Below are positions 52,963-64,000 of a stretch of 64,000 nucleotides of DNA, piece by piece. The notes under the pieces are model-generated. The model did no database searches and was not told where the DNA came from. It saw only the letters and a list, made by a program, of their open reading frames with translations. Made by a program: the position numbers and the translations under genes. Position 1 is the first letter of the stretch; the number at the start of each line of letters is the position of its first letter. The stretch comes from Octopus vulgaris (lineage: Eukaryota). The DNA is taken from contig OX597820.1 of the NCBI GenBank assembly GCA_951406725.2, forward strand, positions 122,512,001 to 122,576,000, read 5' to 3'.

Positions 52963-54574
52963 CCAACTGACATTATTCTTCCAAGTGGTAAGCAATACCG
53001 GTTCCATTATGATTCAGAAGGCAATCTGATTTCTGTGACAATGCCCAGCTTAGGAGTGCATAGATTTGCTTATGTCACATCGATCAGATTCCAGCGTTAT
53101 CTATACTACCCACCCAAGGCTCAGTTACCATTCATCAAAGACATTGATGGAAATGGAAAGCTGCGGCAGATCCTGTATCCAAGTGAACGCAAGCGAGTCA
53201 TCTATAGATATAACAACCACTTTCAGCCTGTCACTATTCTGTTTGATGACTCTCACATCAGCTATGGCTACGACAGTCAGACTGGGAAGCTGAACAAACT
53301 AGAAGCCTTTTACACGGGTTATGGATGCCAGTATCTGTATTACCACAGCAGTACCTTAATTAGTAGCATCGAAGTTCAATTCCAGCAAGACAGGCAACTT
53401 ATCGGTGCCAAATCTTTCTATAACTATGACAACAACTTCCGGCTTACTTATATGCACATTGTGTTCACCAATAACGAGACGACATCGACTAATTTCAGCT
53501 ATAATACCAACACTGGGAAACTGGCTAATATTAAGCAGTTTAAAGTAAACTGGCCCTTACCTGACAGAGAGATAATCTCTGATGAAAATGTGAAAATCAA
53601 CCGAGAATACGACCATTACGGAAGACTGAAAGACATTGAGTACAAGTTTATAGAAGCTCAACGTTTTAAACTTGAAATTAACTACGACCACACGAATCGA
53701 ATTCATGAATGGAGACGAAAAATTGGTCATGTGAATTCTGAAGCAGTGGAATATGTTTATGATATTGATAACAATGTTATTGATGTGTTAATTGATGACA
53801 AACGAGCTTGGCACTTTGGCTACGACGCCAATGGAAACATAGCCAAAATCACAACTGATGGTCGGACAAAAGAACTGCACTTTGATGAAGCCGATCATAT
53901 TAAGAAATACGGGGAAAAGTACTACAAATTTGACCCTGATGGTTTCATGGTACAGCGTAATAAGGAACACTTGTATTTTAACTCTCTTGGTCAGTTACGT
54001 TCAGTGACGAAAACTGAAGAATATAAAGTGTTTTTCTCCTATGATCCAATTGGGAGACTTGTTGTTTTTAAAGACCTTGTAGGCAATGTGCTGCAGTATT
54101 TTTATCTGGATGTGGAACATCCTGAACGAATAACACACACCTACAATCATGGAAATGGGGACACTACACAATATCATTATGATGAACTTGGCCATTTAGT
54201 AAGCATGGAACGGCGTGGAAATTCCTACTATATTGCAAATGATCCAACTGGAACTCCTCTTGTTGTTTTTGACATCCAAGGGAATGTTATGAAACAAATG
54301 AGTTATGATCCACTTGGTTCAGTAACCTCAGACACTAATCCCCATTTTGAATTCTCTTTTGGTTTCCAAGGAGGAATCCACAATCCAATTACAAAACTTT
54401 TACACATTAGAAACCGAGTTTATGATCCACAAATAGGACGATGGGTCGCACCAGACTTTTCAAATGTATTTGAAAAGGTCAAAGATGCAATTGAGAAACC
54501 AGAGGTGTTAAATATCTACCAATATCACTTATTAGTCAATTTACATACGAAAAATCGGAAATACCCATTAACAG
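52963..54574 (+). CDS. TENM: Teneurin large YD-repeat/RHS-core exon (phase 0 to 1): PTDIILPSGKQYRFHYDSEG...FGFQGGIHNPITKLLHIRNRVYDPQIGRWVAPD...KYPLT
   Basis: ORF 52885..54585 has many YD repeats and an RHS-associated core motif. Acceptor ctcttccag ends at 52962; donor ACAG|gtaaaa at 54575. Confidence 0.97.
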
Positions 54575-55862
54575 GTAAAATTTGAAACCAACAGGTGTTG
54601 GAATTTTTTTTACTATTGATTATGTCTTTTTGTACCTTTTGAGATTTAAAAAATTTATTTATGGCGAGATATGATGTCTATAAATTGTTCTCTTCCTAGA
54701 TTGTTATTACAGCTTTACACATACAAAGCGCTGACCCTTCTTAGTTAACTTTACTTACTTTGATTTGATTGGAAATGTCAAAAGACTTCAATTATATAAT
54801 TGTAATAATTACCAATTTCATTAGGCTTTGCATTCCAAGCAGGAATCAAAGAGAATCATTTATAAGTTTAGATCATTAGACAGGAGTTGAAATTTAATTA
54901 ATCAAATAATTATTAATATGTTGTTAATATGTCAAAAGTGAATTTGCTATTCATTTTTACGGGAAACAAAGGAAATGTATACATGCAAGTAATATAACTC
55001 ATTCATATAAACCATTTGTAAAAGAATGATTTGATTGACTAATTCTGCCCCTTCTCATCGCTGCCACACGTGTGTGTCCATTCAGTTTGGGTCCCTCTCT
55101 TATCCAGTCCTTGACGTTGTCATTCCTTCATCATCTTTGGCATTTGCAAATGTGATTTCTATCCCTTCAGCCCCCAAAATGCTTCTGAGCCAGTTTATAA
55201 TATGACCAAAGTACAGCAGTTTTTCTTGCTTGCCCTTCATCACCAACGATGTCCCTTTTTTCATCTCTTCCACAACTGAATCTCACTCATTCTAGAGGCC
55301 ACCCAACTGATCCACTGCAAACACCGGTATAGCACCTCAACTCAAATGCCCTCAGTCACACTTAGAGTTCATGAGTCACACCCTTAAAATGCTACTGCTC
55401 AGAGCAGGGAGTTGAGAAGTTTCAACCTTGATGTTTTTGTTGAGGGCACAGTTTTTCCCTATTATACTGAGTGACCTTCAAGCTGATTTTCCTGCACCGA
55501 GTCTAGCTCTGTTTTCCTGGCTGCAGGTCTACTATTTAGGTAGCAATTGGACCCAGGTACTGAAATTTGTTGATCTGGGTTAGCTTGACTCCCTTGGTAT
55601 TGCATAGTAATCTTCTCTTGTCCCCTGGTGATCACCATGATAGTTTTGGTGCTATGAGACTCAAGTAATTTCGTTAATAAATCTTCGATGCTCAACAATG
55701 AGCCAGTGATTCACACAATGTAATAAACACAGCTAAGCTTATTTCATTGCCCATCACTAATCCATTTACATTTGTAAAAGAAAGTTTGTTTTTTTAATTC
55801 CAGTAATCATCAGAGAACATTCTTTTATTCTTTATTTTACTTGTTTCAGTCATTCGACTGCG

Positions 55863-57245
55863 GAAAATGATGCTTATATTATTGTTAGTATTACTATCAT
55901 TAAATTGACAGGCTTCATTTATATATTTAGAAAACATACTTGTTATCTTATTTTTTAATACCGTGTTAGGTATATAATAGATATTATTATTAAATCCACA
56001 TAGTTTTAGGGTGTTGTTATATATAGGCACATATTGGCTAAAGGCATTCTTGTTCGAAGATAGATTTGAAATCCTAATTGATGTAGCCACTTCGATGTTA
56101 TTAATTGTCAACCTAGGGTGATTGGAGGATACATTAATATATTAGAGAGTTTAATTTGGTTTTCAATCTCTGAAGTTTTTATTTTTTGACCACCGGATTG
56201 GACAGACCATATGCAGCAAATAGGGTATCATCCTTACACAGACCCCCAAAGAGATTAGGAAAGCTACTTTTTATTTGGTCAAGGAGAAATAGGCCCACCA
56301 AATCAGTAACCTGCACTGACTCCAATGAGCCCATCATTATGTCCTGAACAGATCCTTGGAATCCAATTCGGATCATTGTAGTTGATTCAAGTCTCTCTAG
56401 CAACCAGAAAAACATTGATGTCAGATTTTGGGATATCCATGAATTTACGTGCGAAAATTAATGCCTAGTTCAATAAGAATGCGGATATGGACATGTAGTA
56501 GTAGATATATCAAATTGGATGAAGCGAATGGATTTCATATCTTTGAGAGAGTGGCACCAGAAAATCATGTCCTCGGTTGAGTTCCGTAAGGGGAGGATGA
56601 CTTTATGTTTGACAACAGGAACAATTCTATCAATGATGCACTTGCTGATTCTACCCAAATTAGACTGAAAGCCCAGTTTATCTTCCTTCAGGGTAACAAG
56701 GGGGATTTTAGGTGAACACTGCTGGGTCCTATAGAGTAATCCCAATTTCAATATAAGTTCATAGTGTAAATCATTAATTTCCTTCAGAGCAGTAGCATTG
56801 GCATGCTTATAGTTGGTGTTCCATTCCTTGCAGTTTAAGTCATTCTGTATATATATGTCCCATGGTACTGAGTAGATGTTTCTAGTTTTATCCAACAAGA
56901 AAGAAAGATCTGGTGTAGACTTCAGTAGCGATAGAGTTTCAGGCATTTTTTCCTGGAAGGAATTGGTATACCGTGCAAACTTCAGATTTTTCTGCATCTT
57001 CATTAAATTCTCAAACTTAATTAGGGCCAGGTTCAGAAGTGGGTTCTTATATGATTTAAGATTATAAGAATCCTTCTCAACCATTTCTATGTAATTATTG
57101 TAATCCTTTTATTCCCTTGTATCCACTCCATTATTCACTTCCCACCTGAGCCTGTCAATAAATTCCGTTGTTTTGCCCAAAAGAGATTCCATATATCCTA
57201 TCCTTTGATGGAATTGGGATGTTCTTGGTAGACAGTACCAGGCTT
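55863..57245 (-). mobile_element. Decayed Penelope-like retroelement RT (frameshifted, 3'-truncated before any GIY-YIG domain)
   Basis: Minus-strand fragments KNIPIPS, FIDRLRW, DKTRNIY, VTLKEDK, LGRISKCIID, FIQFDI, MGS...DLVGLFLL, GGLCKDD (decayed YxDD) and SNHP follow the PLE RT motif order (ORFs 56470..57084, 56179..56415, 55794..56111). Confidence 0.8.
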
Positions 57246-57481
57246 TAGAAAAAATCTAAGTACTCGTGTTTATTATTTCATTCGAGTGAGAATTCTTCAA
57301 GGCAGTGCCCCAGCATGGCCACGGTGTAATGACTGAACCAAGTAAAATATATATACACTCATATACACACAAATGATATGACGTTGCAATGTTTTTCCCT
57401 ATTCAGCACTGCATTGCTGCACAATGGCAGTTCCAGCTTATTTACTTCAGTACTGAATACATATATGCATGCATGCATGCT

Positions 57482-57783
57482 TCATCATCATCGTTTAACG
57501 TCCGTTTTCCATGCTAGCATGGGTTGGACGGTTCGACTGGGGTCTGGGAAGCCAGGAGGCTGCACCAGACTCCAGTCTGATCTGGCAGTGTTTCTACAGC
57601 TGGATGCCCTTCCTAACGCCAACCACTCCGTGAGTGTAGTGGGTGTTTTTTACGTGCCACCTGCACAGGTGCCAGGGGGGTCCGGCATTGGCCATGCTTA
57701 TGTGGGTCTATTTCACATCATCATCATCATTATCATCATCATCGTTTAACGTCCGCTTTCCATGCTAGCATGGGTTGGACGAC
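57482..57783 (-). mobile_element. RTE 3'-UTR fragment plus a minimal terminal tag
   Basis: Family signature at 57482 and 57717. Confidence 0.8.
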
Positions 57784-58841
57784 TAGTTAACGAACAATAC
57801 AACGACTTGCTACTCCTTTGAATCTCATTATCTTAATATTATTGAAACCAGAGTTAAGTCGGACTTTATCATATGAATTCAGAAAACTATTTATTTATTT
57901 ATTTATTTCCTCCACCTTCGATGTAAATACTAAGGCAGCGTCCTGTAACACTATATTATTGTTTTATACATTTTACACAAATCATTTTTTGTTTCTTTTT
58001 TTTTGTTTTCACACAGAAGGAAAAAAAACTTTAAAAACAAATTTTCCCTCCTCCTCTATGCTGCTCATATTGCATTGGGCAAACAACGAAATAAGGCTTA
58101 CTAATATAATTGCCAGACCTTCAACATGTAATTTTATTTTCAGTAAACCTACGTTTAGCGAGATATAGCTTCCATTGTTCACTGCACTCTTACATTAGAT
58201 TAAATTATTGGCAGCAAACCAAAAGGTCAAAATAGTTTGCAAGTATGCTTATCTCGACATGGAGGTGTTTCTAGTCTTTAGTTTCAAACTTAGCGGATGT
58301 CAGGAAAATTTATCCTAACTCTGTAGCTGACATTTACTTACAAATATACACAGAGAAAAACACTTGACCAGGCATTATGTTCAAACTGACTCCTGCATAG
58401 TATAAATGCATTTAAAAATCTTATTGCTGGTGTCTGAAAATTCAAAGACTCGGTAAATAGGCATCACAGCTGTTGAAGCAAGATGAAGGGAAAAGCTTTC
58501 GGTAATTTTATGAAACAGAGATGTAAGTCTTTCCTAAAGTTTGGGATTGTGGGACTACTATGACCCAGGGCTTAGATTTGAAGTGGATCAGAAACAGTTT
58601 CTTATCCTGGGCTTATTAACAGTCAAAGTGATCTGGTGGATATGTAACTGTATGGAAGTGAACCCTGCCACATGAGATTAATTGTACTAAATGAAATGTG
58701 CAAATGGATGCATGGAATGAGGATGAGGAAGTCTACATCATAACTGTGAACTCTTCATTGTCTCTCTCTCTCTAATGAATATATATATATTCATTAAAGT
58801 TGTGCTTTAAAGACAAAGTTCCACTGTTATATACATACATA

Positions 58842-59710
58842 TCATCATCATCATCGTTTAACGTCCGCTTTCTATGCTGGCATGGGTTGGACGATTTGAC
58901 TGAGGATTGGCGAACCAGACAGCTGCACAAGGCTCCAATCTTGTTCTGGCAGAGTTTCTACAACTGGATGCCCTTCCTAACACCAACCACTCTGACAGTG
59001 TAGTGGGTGCTTTTATCTGCCACTGGCACAAGGGCCAGTCAGGCGTTATTGGCAACGGCCACGCTCAAATGGTGTTTTTTATGTGCCACATGCACAGGAG
59101 CCAGACCAGCGGCACTGGCAACAACCTTGCTCGCATGTTTTTTCATGTGTCACTGGCACAAGTGCCAGTAAGGTGACACTGGTAACGATCACACTGAAAT
59201 GGTGCTTTTTACGTGCCACTGGCATGAAGGCCAGTCAGCTGCTCTGGCAACAATCACACTTGGATGGTGCTCTTAGCGCTGCACTAGCACGAATGCCAGT
59301 CATCAAATTTGATTTTGATTTCGATTTCACTTGCCTCAACAGGTCTTCGCAAGCAGAGTTTAGTGTCCAATGAAGGAAAGGCATGCATAAGTGGGCTGGT
59401 TACATCCCTGGCATAGGCCACAAGGTTATGGTCACATTTGTGCTTGCCAAGTCTTCTCAAGCACAGCATATTTCCAGAGGTCCCGGTCAGTAGTCACTGC
59501 CTTGGTGAGGCCCAGTGTTTGAAGGTCATGCTTCACCACCTCATCCCAGGTCTTCCTGGGTCTACCTCTTCCACAGGCTCCATCAGCTGCTAGGGTGTGG
59601 CACTTTTTCACACAGCTATCCTTCTCCATTCTCGCCACATGGCCATATCAGCGCAGCTGTCTCTCTTGCACACCGCATCTGATGGTACTTATGTCCAACT
59701 TTTCTCTCAA
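58842..59710 (-). mobile_element. RTE-clade LINE 3' end: ORF C-terminus, about 590-bp 3' UTR and (GAT)n tail
   Basis: ORF 59432..59638 GRGRPRKTWDEVVKHDL...DRDLW. This copy identifies the family of the many catcatcgtttaacgtccg fragments. Confidence 0.88.
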
Positions 59711-60229
59711 TCCAACATTTGCTAAAATTTGTTCCCTTAATTGTCGTCATCTTTTTTGTGTTATCACCTACTTTATATATGTTTGTGTGTGTGTGTGTAT
59801 GCACACACATACATATATATATATATAAATGTGTACACACACACACACAATTATGGATATATATTAGATGCATAATTCTGAAGTTATTTCTAATGTTTTT
59901 CTTACATCTGCGATACATGGCAAAAAACAAAACAAAACAAACAATAAAAAAAACTAAAGGAAAGAGTATAGTCGTCCTTTAAGAAAACTAAATGATAATT
60001 TCTGCTTGATTTGCTTTAGTAAGCATTCTTATGTTACATATCTTCTGTTTATCATATTATGGCTAATTCTTTTCCCAGCAGACACTAGTTTCCATATACC
60101 ACTAATGCAGCTGCTCTTTTGGCAACTTTCACATGTTACACATAGTTTTTTATATCAATAATGATAGAGAAATCAATACGCTATACATTAATCTTTCAAT
60201 ATTTTTTTCTGAGTTTGTATATTCATATA

Positions 60230-60268
<39 letters not shown>

Positions 60269-60511
60269 TGTGTGTATCCATAAAGTTTTGGATGAAAATA
60301 TGTTTATTAATAATGTTCATTGATTCTGCCATAAATATATATCTTTACATTTGGGTGTGTATCTATACTCACACACACACACACACACAAATATCTCTGT
60401 GTGTGTGTATACATGCATGCATGTATGTGTTTACTTCAAATATTCCATGCAACTTTTCCACACCCTGTTTCTCCTCGGGAGTATCTTTATTTTGGATTCT
60501 GTTTCTAGAAG

Positions 60512-60876
60512 GTCACTCAAATTAATTATCATCATCATCATCATTGAATGTCCGTTTTCCAGTCTAGCATGGTTTGGACGATTTTGACTGAGGACTGGCA
60601 AACCAGATGGCTGCACCAGGCTCCAGTCTTGATCTGGCAGAGTTTTTACTTCCTAACGCCAGCCACTCCAAGAGTGAAGTGGGTGCTTTTTACGTGCCAC
60701 TCTCAGAGTGTTTGGCATTAGGAAGGGCATCCAGCTGTAGAAACTCTGCCAGATCAAGATTGGAGCCTGGTGCAGCCATCTGGTGGCTAGCCCTCAGTCA
60801 AAATTGTCCAACCCATGCTAGAATGGAAAACGGACGTTAAATGATGATGATGATGGTAATAACTAATTTGAGTGAC
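60512..60876. repeat. Fold-back of two head-to-head RTE 3' ends including inverted flank
   Basis: gtcactcaaatta (60512-24) and taatttgagtgac (60864-76) enclose inverted RTE tails. Confidence 0.85.
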
Positions 60877-61582
60877 AATTTTGTAACAAAGAAAAAGTCT
60901 AACCTTTTCCACTTACAATTGAATATTATCATCTTATTCTGCATTAGCACACACTGCTTATCGTATGTGTGTGTGTGTTGTTCACTCTATCCCTACTGAG
61001 AGATTTCTTCTATTCAGCACTATCCCTCTATTTACCAGTTTTAGATAAATAGCATTGACTCTACATCATACACTGTGTATTGCATCTCTCAGCTATTAAA
61101 CCAAAAACGTTTAGCATCATCATTTTCAGGAAACTCTTCTAATTCATAAAGGCCTTGCTTAGATCAATTCACCATAATGTTTCACCACCTCTTTATAGTA
61201 ACTTGTCATCTCCTTTATCGATGTCAGTCTCTTGCGATCACTGCTTTTTAGGACTTCTTCCCCATGCTGTTTCCAGTTGGATCACTTGATACACTACTTC
61301 TCATTCTTTTTTTTTTTTTCTTTACTCCCAATTTCTTTCTCTGGTCTTTTGTGCCCCATCACTCATTCTCACTCCCCTTATTCATTCAGCAAAGCATGCT
61401 TGCCTCTTTTCTGGCCAGCCTTCACATTTCCCTGCTTTTAATGCCCATGTTTCTCTGTTATATAATGTGACACACTTCAAGAGAGAAACCCTTTGTTACC
61501 ACCTGAGATTAAAAGCCCTTTGAACTTTTTTCACCTTCCTGTTCTTACTGTAGCTTCTCCGTTTCCAGAACATTTTTTTTTT

Positions 61583-61971
61583 CTTTTATTCTTTTACTTG
61601 TTTCAGTCATTTGACTGTGGCCATGCTGGAGCACCGCCTTTAGTCGAGCAAATCGACCCCGGGACTTATTCTTTGTAAGCCTAGTACTTATTCTATCGGT
61701 CTCTTTTGCCGAACCGCTAAGTGACGGGGACGTAAACACACAAGCATCGGTTGTCAAGCGATGCTAGGGGGACAAACACAGACACACAAACACACACATA
61801 CATATATACGACAGGCTTCTTTCAGTTTCTGTCTACCAAATCCACTCACAAGGCATTGGTCGGCCCGGGGCTATAGCAGAAGACACTTGCCCAAGATGCC
61901 ACGCAGTGGGACTGAACCCGGAACCATGTGGTTGGTTAGCAAGCTACTTACCACACAGCCACTCCTGTGCC
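61583..61971 (-). mobile_element. SINE family A
   Basis: Near-identical to the copy at 51663. Confidence 0.9.
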
Positions 61972-63434
61972 TATGTTCAATGCTGCACGAAAAATTGTAG
62001 AGATGGCTTTTCTTGGATAGAATTATACTGAGGACTTCCTCCTGAAGCATGAACTGTTAGTATTACAATACTAGGTGTATGTTCAGAGAGATGTATTCCA
62101 GCAATTACCAAACTTATTCTCAAATCCAAGCATTAACAGCAGCAAAACTGGTATCCGTTTTTGACTTGAAGTGCTACGTTTAAATATTGTCTGAGCAGGT
62201 GTTAGAAATCGTTTGCAACTCGAGAAGGTATTTAGCAATAGACAGAATGCTCAGCTTGTAAAGATTTTGAATGGAATTTTACTCACCAGCGACACAAGTC
62301 TTGTGATTAGGACCAGCATGTAGATCTCGGGGTTAAAAAGAGGTGAAATATTTAATAGATTCTTCTCTGAAACAATCAGATTGATCTGGTATCACCTCTT
62401 CACTAGAATAGGATGAAATGAGATAATGTGAGGTAAATTCATGACTCATGAACAGGTAAAAATCAATACTTTTAACCAATCAATTATTTTAACCTCTACA
62501 ATAATAAATATATAAAGAAAAAGGCGAAAAATAAAAGCTAGAAAAAGTTATAAAAAATAGGGTACAACATAGCTGAATTATTGTGGAAAGTCTGGATAAT
62601 GGGGATGAATTGTTGATGAGGGGTCAGTGTGACCCTGTTACAATAGTTACCAACACAGTATAAAGAAGAGAGAGAGGGGGTGGGGTTATTTATTGTTGTC
62701 ATAGACATGATTCAAGCATTAGAGATGGGTAAAGATCTAAAGTATTTGCATGAAAGGCATAACATTATTTCAGTTTCTTTCCTTGATTCAGAGTTCAAAT
62801 TCAAGCAAGGCCACAGTTATTTTATTAATTTTTTTTTTTTCAAAATCTGTGACCATTTTGCCAGACTCTTTCTGTGGCTTTGTTTGTAGGTGTGGAAAGG
62901 CAATTAGTTGAGAAGTAAATAAAAGATGCATTTGTGCAAGGAGTCTCATTTTCAAATAGGATTTCTGCACCTTGTTTTGGGGGTTTTAATTTTTGGATTT
63001 AAAATTTTGTCAGCATCTTCTGACAATCCATCTTCTGCCTCCAACTTCTTTGAGCTTCATTTGATCTTACTAATAACATTGATTTTGCATTGCTTCTTTT
63101 AGTGAACTTCTTTCCAAGTGCAGCAGGCAATCTTTTCTGTAATTATTTTTACCTCATATCAGTGATATGGCCAACAACGATAATAAACTGGTATCAGCTT
63201 GCTTAAATAGATCCTAAATTTCCTTTTTATAATGGAAACCTCTCATGATCACATTCATTATTGAGTAGATCTAATTTTGCTTTCTATAACTGCTTCAGTA
63301 GAATATAGATATAAATACGTGTGTTGAGGCTTATGCAGACAGTGTTTAGGTTTTGTAAGATGGTTAATCAGTAGATATGTTTTCCAGTTATTTTGCAATC
63401 AACATTTACATTCTGTCCCTTTTATTTTTTACAG

Positions 63435-64000
63435 ATCTTGCCGACTGGCTGCTGCTTCTGGGTTATGATGTACGGAGTTTAGCACCAGATGTCACTTATA
63501 CTGGTGAAATTCGAGGCCACAAGAAGGGTTGCCATGACGTCGAGTTGCTACCAACATCATCTGCATTTGAGTGCACTTTCCGCCGTGACATGGACAACTT
63601 ACTTATGATGTCAACTGTATCGAGTTCGAAAATCACACCAAAGCAGCCAACCCCTGTCTTAAAGCCAGCACATGTCCCTTTTATTCTTGGGAATGGAATC
63701 ATTCTATCAGTGGTTGATGAGCGTGTTCTTGTAAACTTTGTCGATAACACCCCAGAGATCTTACGTAAAACTGCCAGTGTTTTGTTGAACAATTCGGATA
63801 TTATTGATATGCACTTCACAATTAAAGGCAAAGCTATCCACTACTTTGTCAAAGTTGATACCAACCAGGCTGACATGGATCTTGGCAGTCTTAATTTACG
63901 GGGCAAGCCAGTGGTTTTCATGGAAAATGGTATCAACATCACAGTACACAAGATCCAACATACTGACGGCTTTCACGCAAGAAGCCACGAGGAAATCGAC
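63435..64000 (+). CDS. TENM: Teneurin C-terminal exon (phase 1, runs off the window): (D)LADWLLLLGYDVRSLAPD...LLNNSDIIDMHFTIKGKAIHYFVK...
   Basis: Acceptor tttttacag ends at 63434 and the frame is open to the window end. TDLADWL and HFTIKGKAIHYFVK correspond to the teneurin motifs TDVxSWL and HFTIxGxDTHYFVK. It is missing from the ORF track because there is no stop codon. Confidence 0.95.

Noticed and set aside
52885-54585. Bacterial Rhs/YD toxin gene, contamination or recent horizontal transfer
   Set aside because: It has canonical splice sites and joins in frame to flanking teneurin exons. The RHS similarity is a known ancient feature of teneurins.
63496-63831. 111-aa minus-strand ORF
   Set aside because: It is the antisense shadow of the teneurin exon.

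Overview
AT-rich animal genomic DNA. The repeat landscape (tRNA-derived SINEs with internal TA/TG microsatellites, RTE tails ending in (GAT)n, CR1, Tc1/mariner, Penelope-like relics) looks like an Octopus/coleoid genome; this is an inference. The window lies inside one + strand gene, a teneurin (Ten-m/Odz). Four exons join in frame with matching GT-AG phases: 17149-17396 (alternative donor at 17471), 48204-48503, 52963-54574 and 63435->64000. They encode the YD/RHS shell and the start of the C-terminal region. The rest is intron filled with transposon relics and microsatellites, and most ORFs in the track are microsatellite artefacts. Main observations: (1) five recognisable type I hammerhead-ribozyme motifs plus one degenerate candidate, in short Penelope-pLTR-like elements; three have unusually long stem II and two are sense to the teneurin pre-mRNA; (2) an 89-nt pri-miRNA-like hairpin at 1066-1154; (3) a 271-bp inverted duplication bracketing the first visible exon; (4) an in-frame 25-aa alternative 5' splice extension; (5) an R4/Dong-like LINE relic about 30 nt from a splice acceptor; (6) several long fold-backs that could be ADAR substrates. 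All pairings were read by eye; no folding or database search was run.
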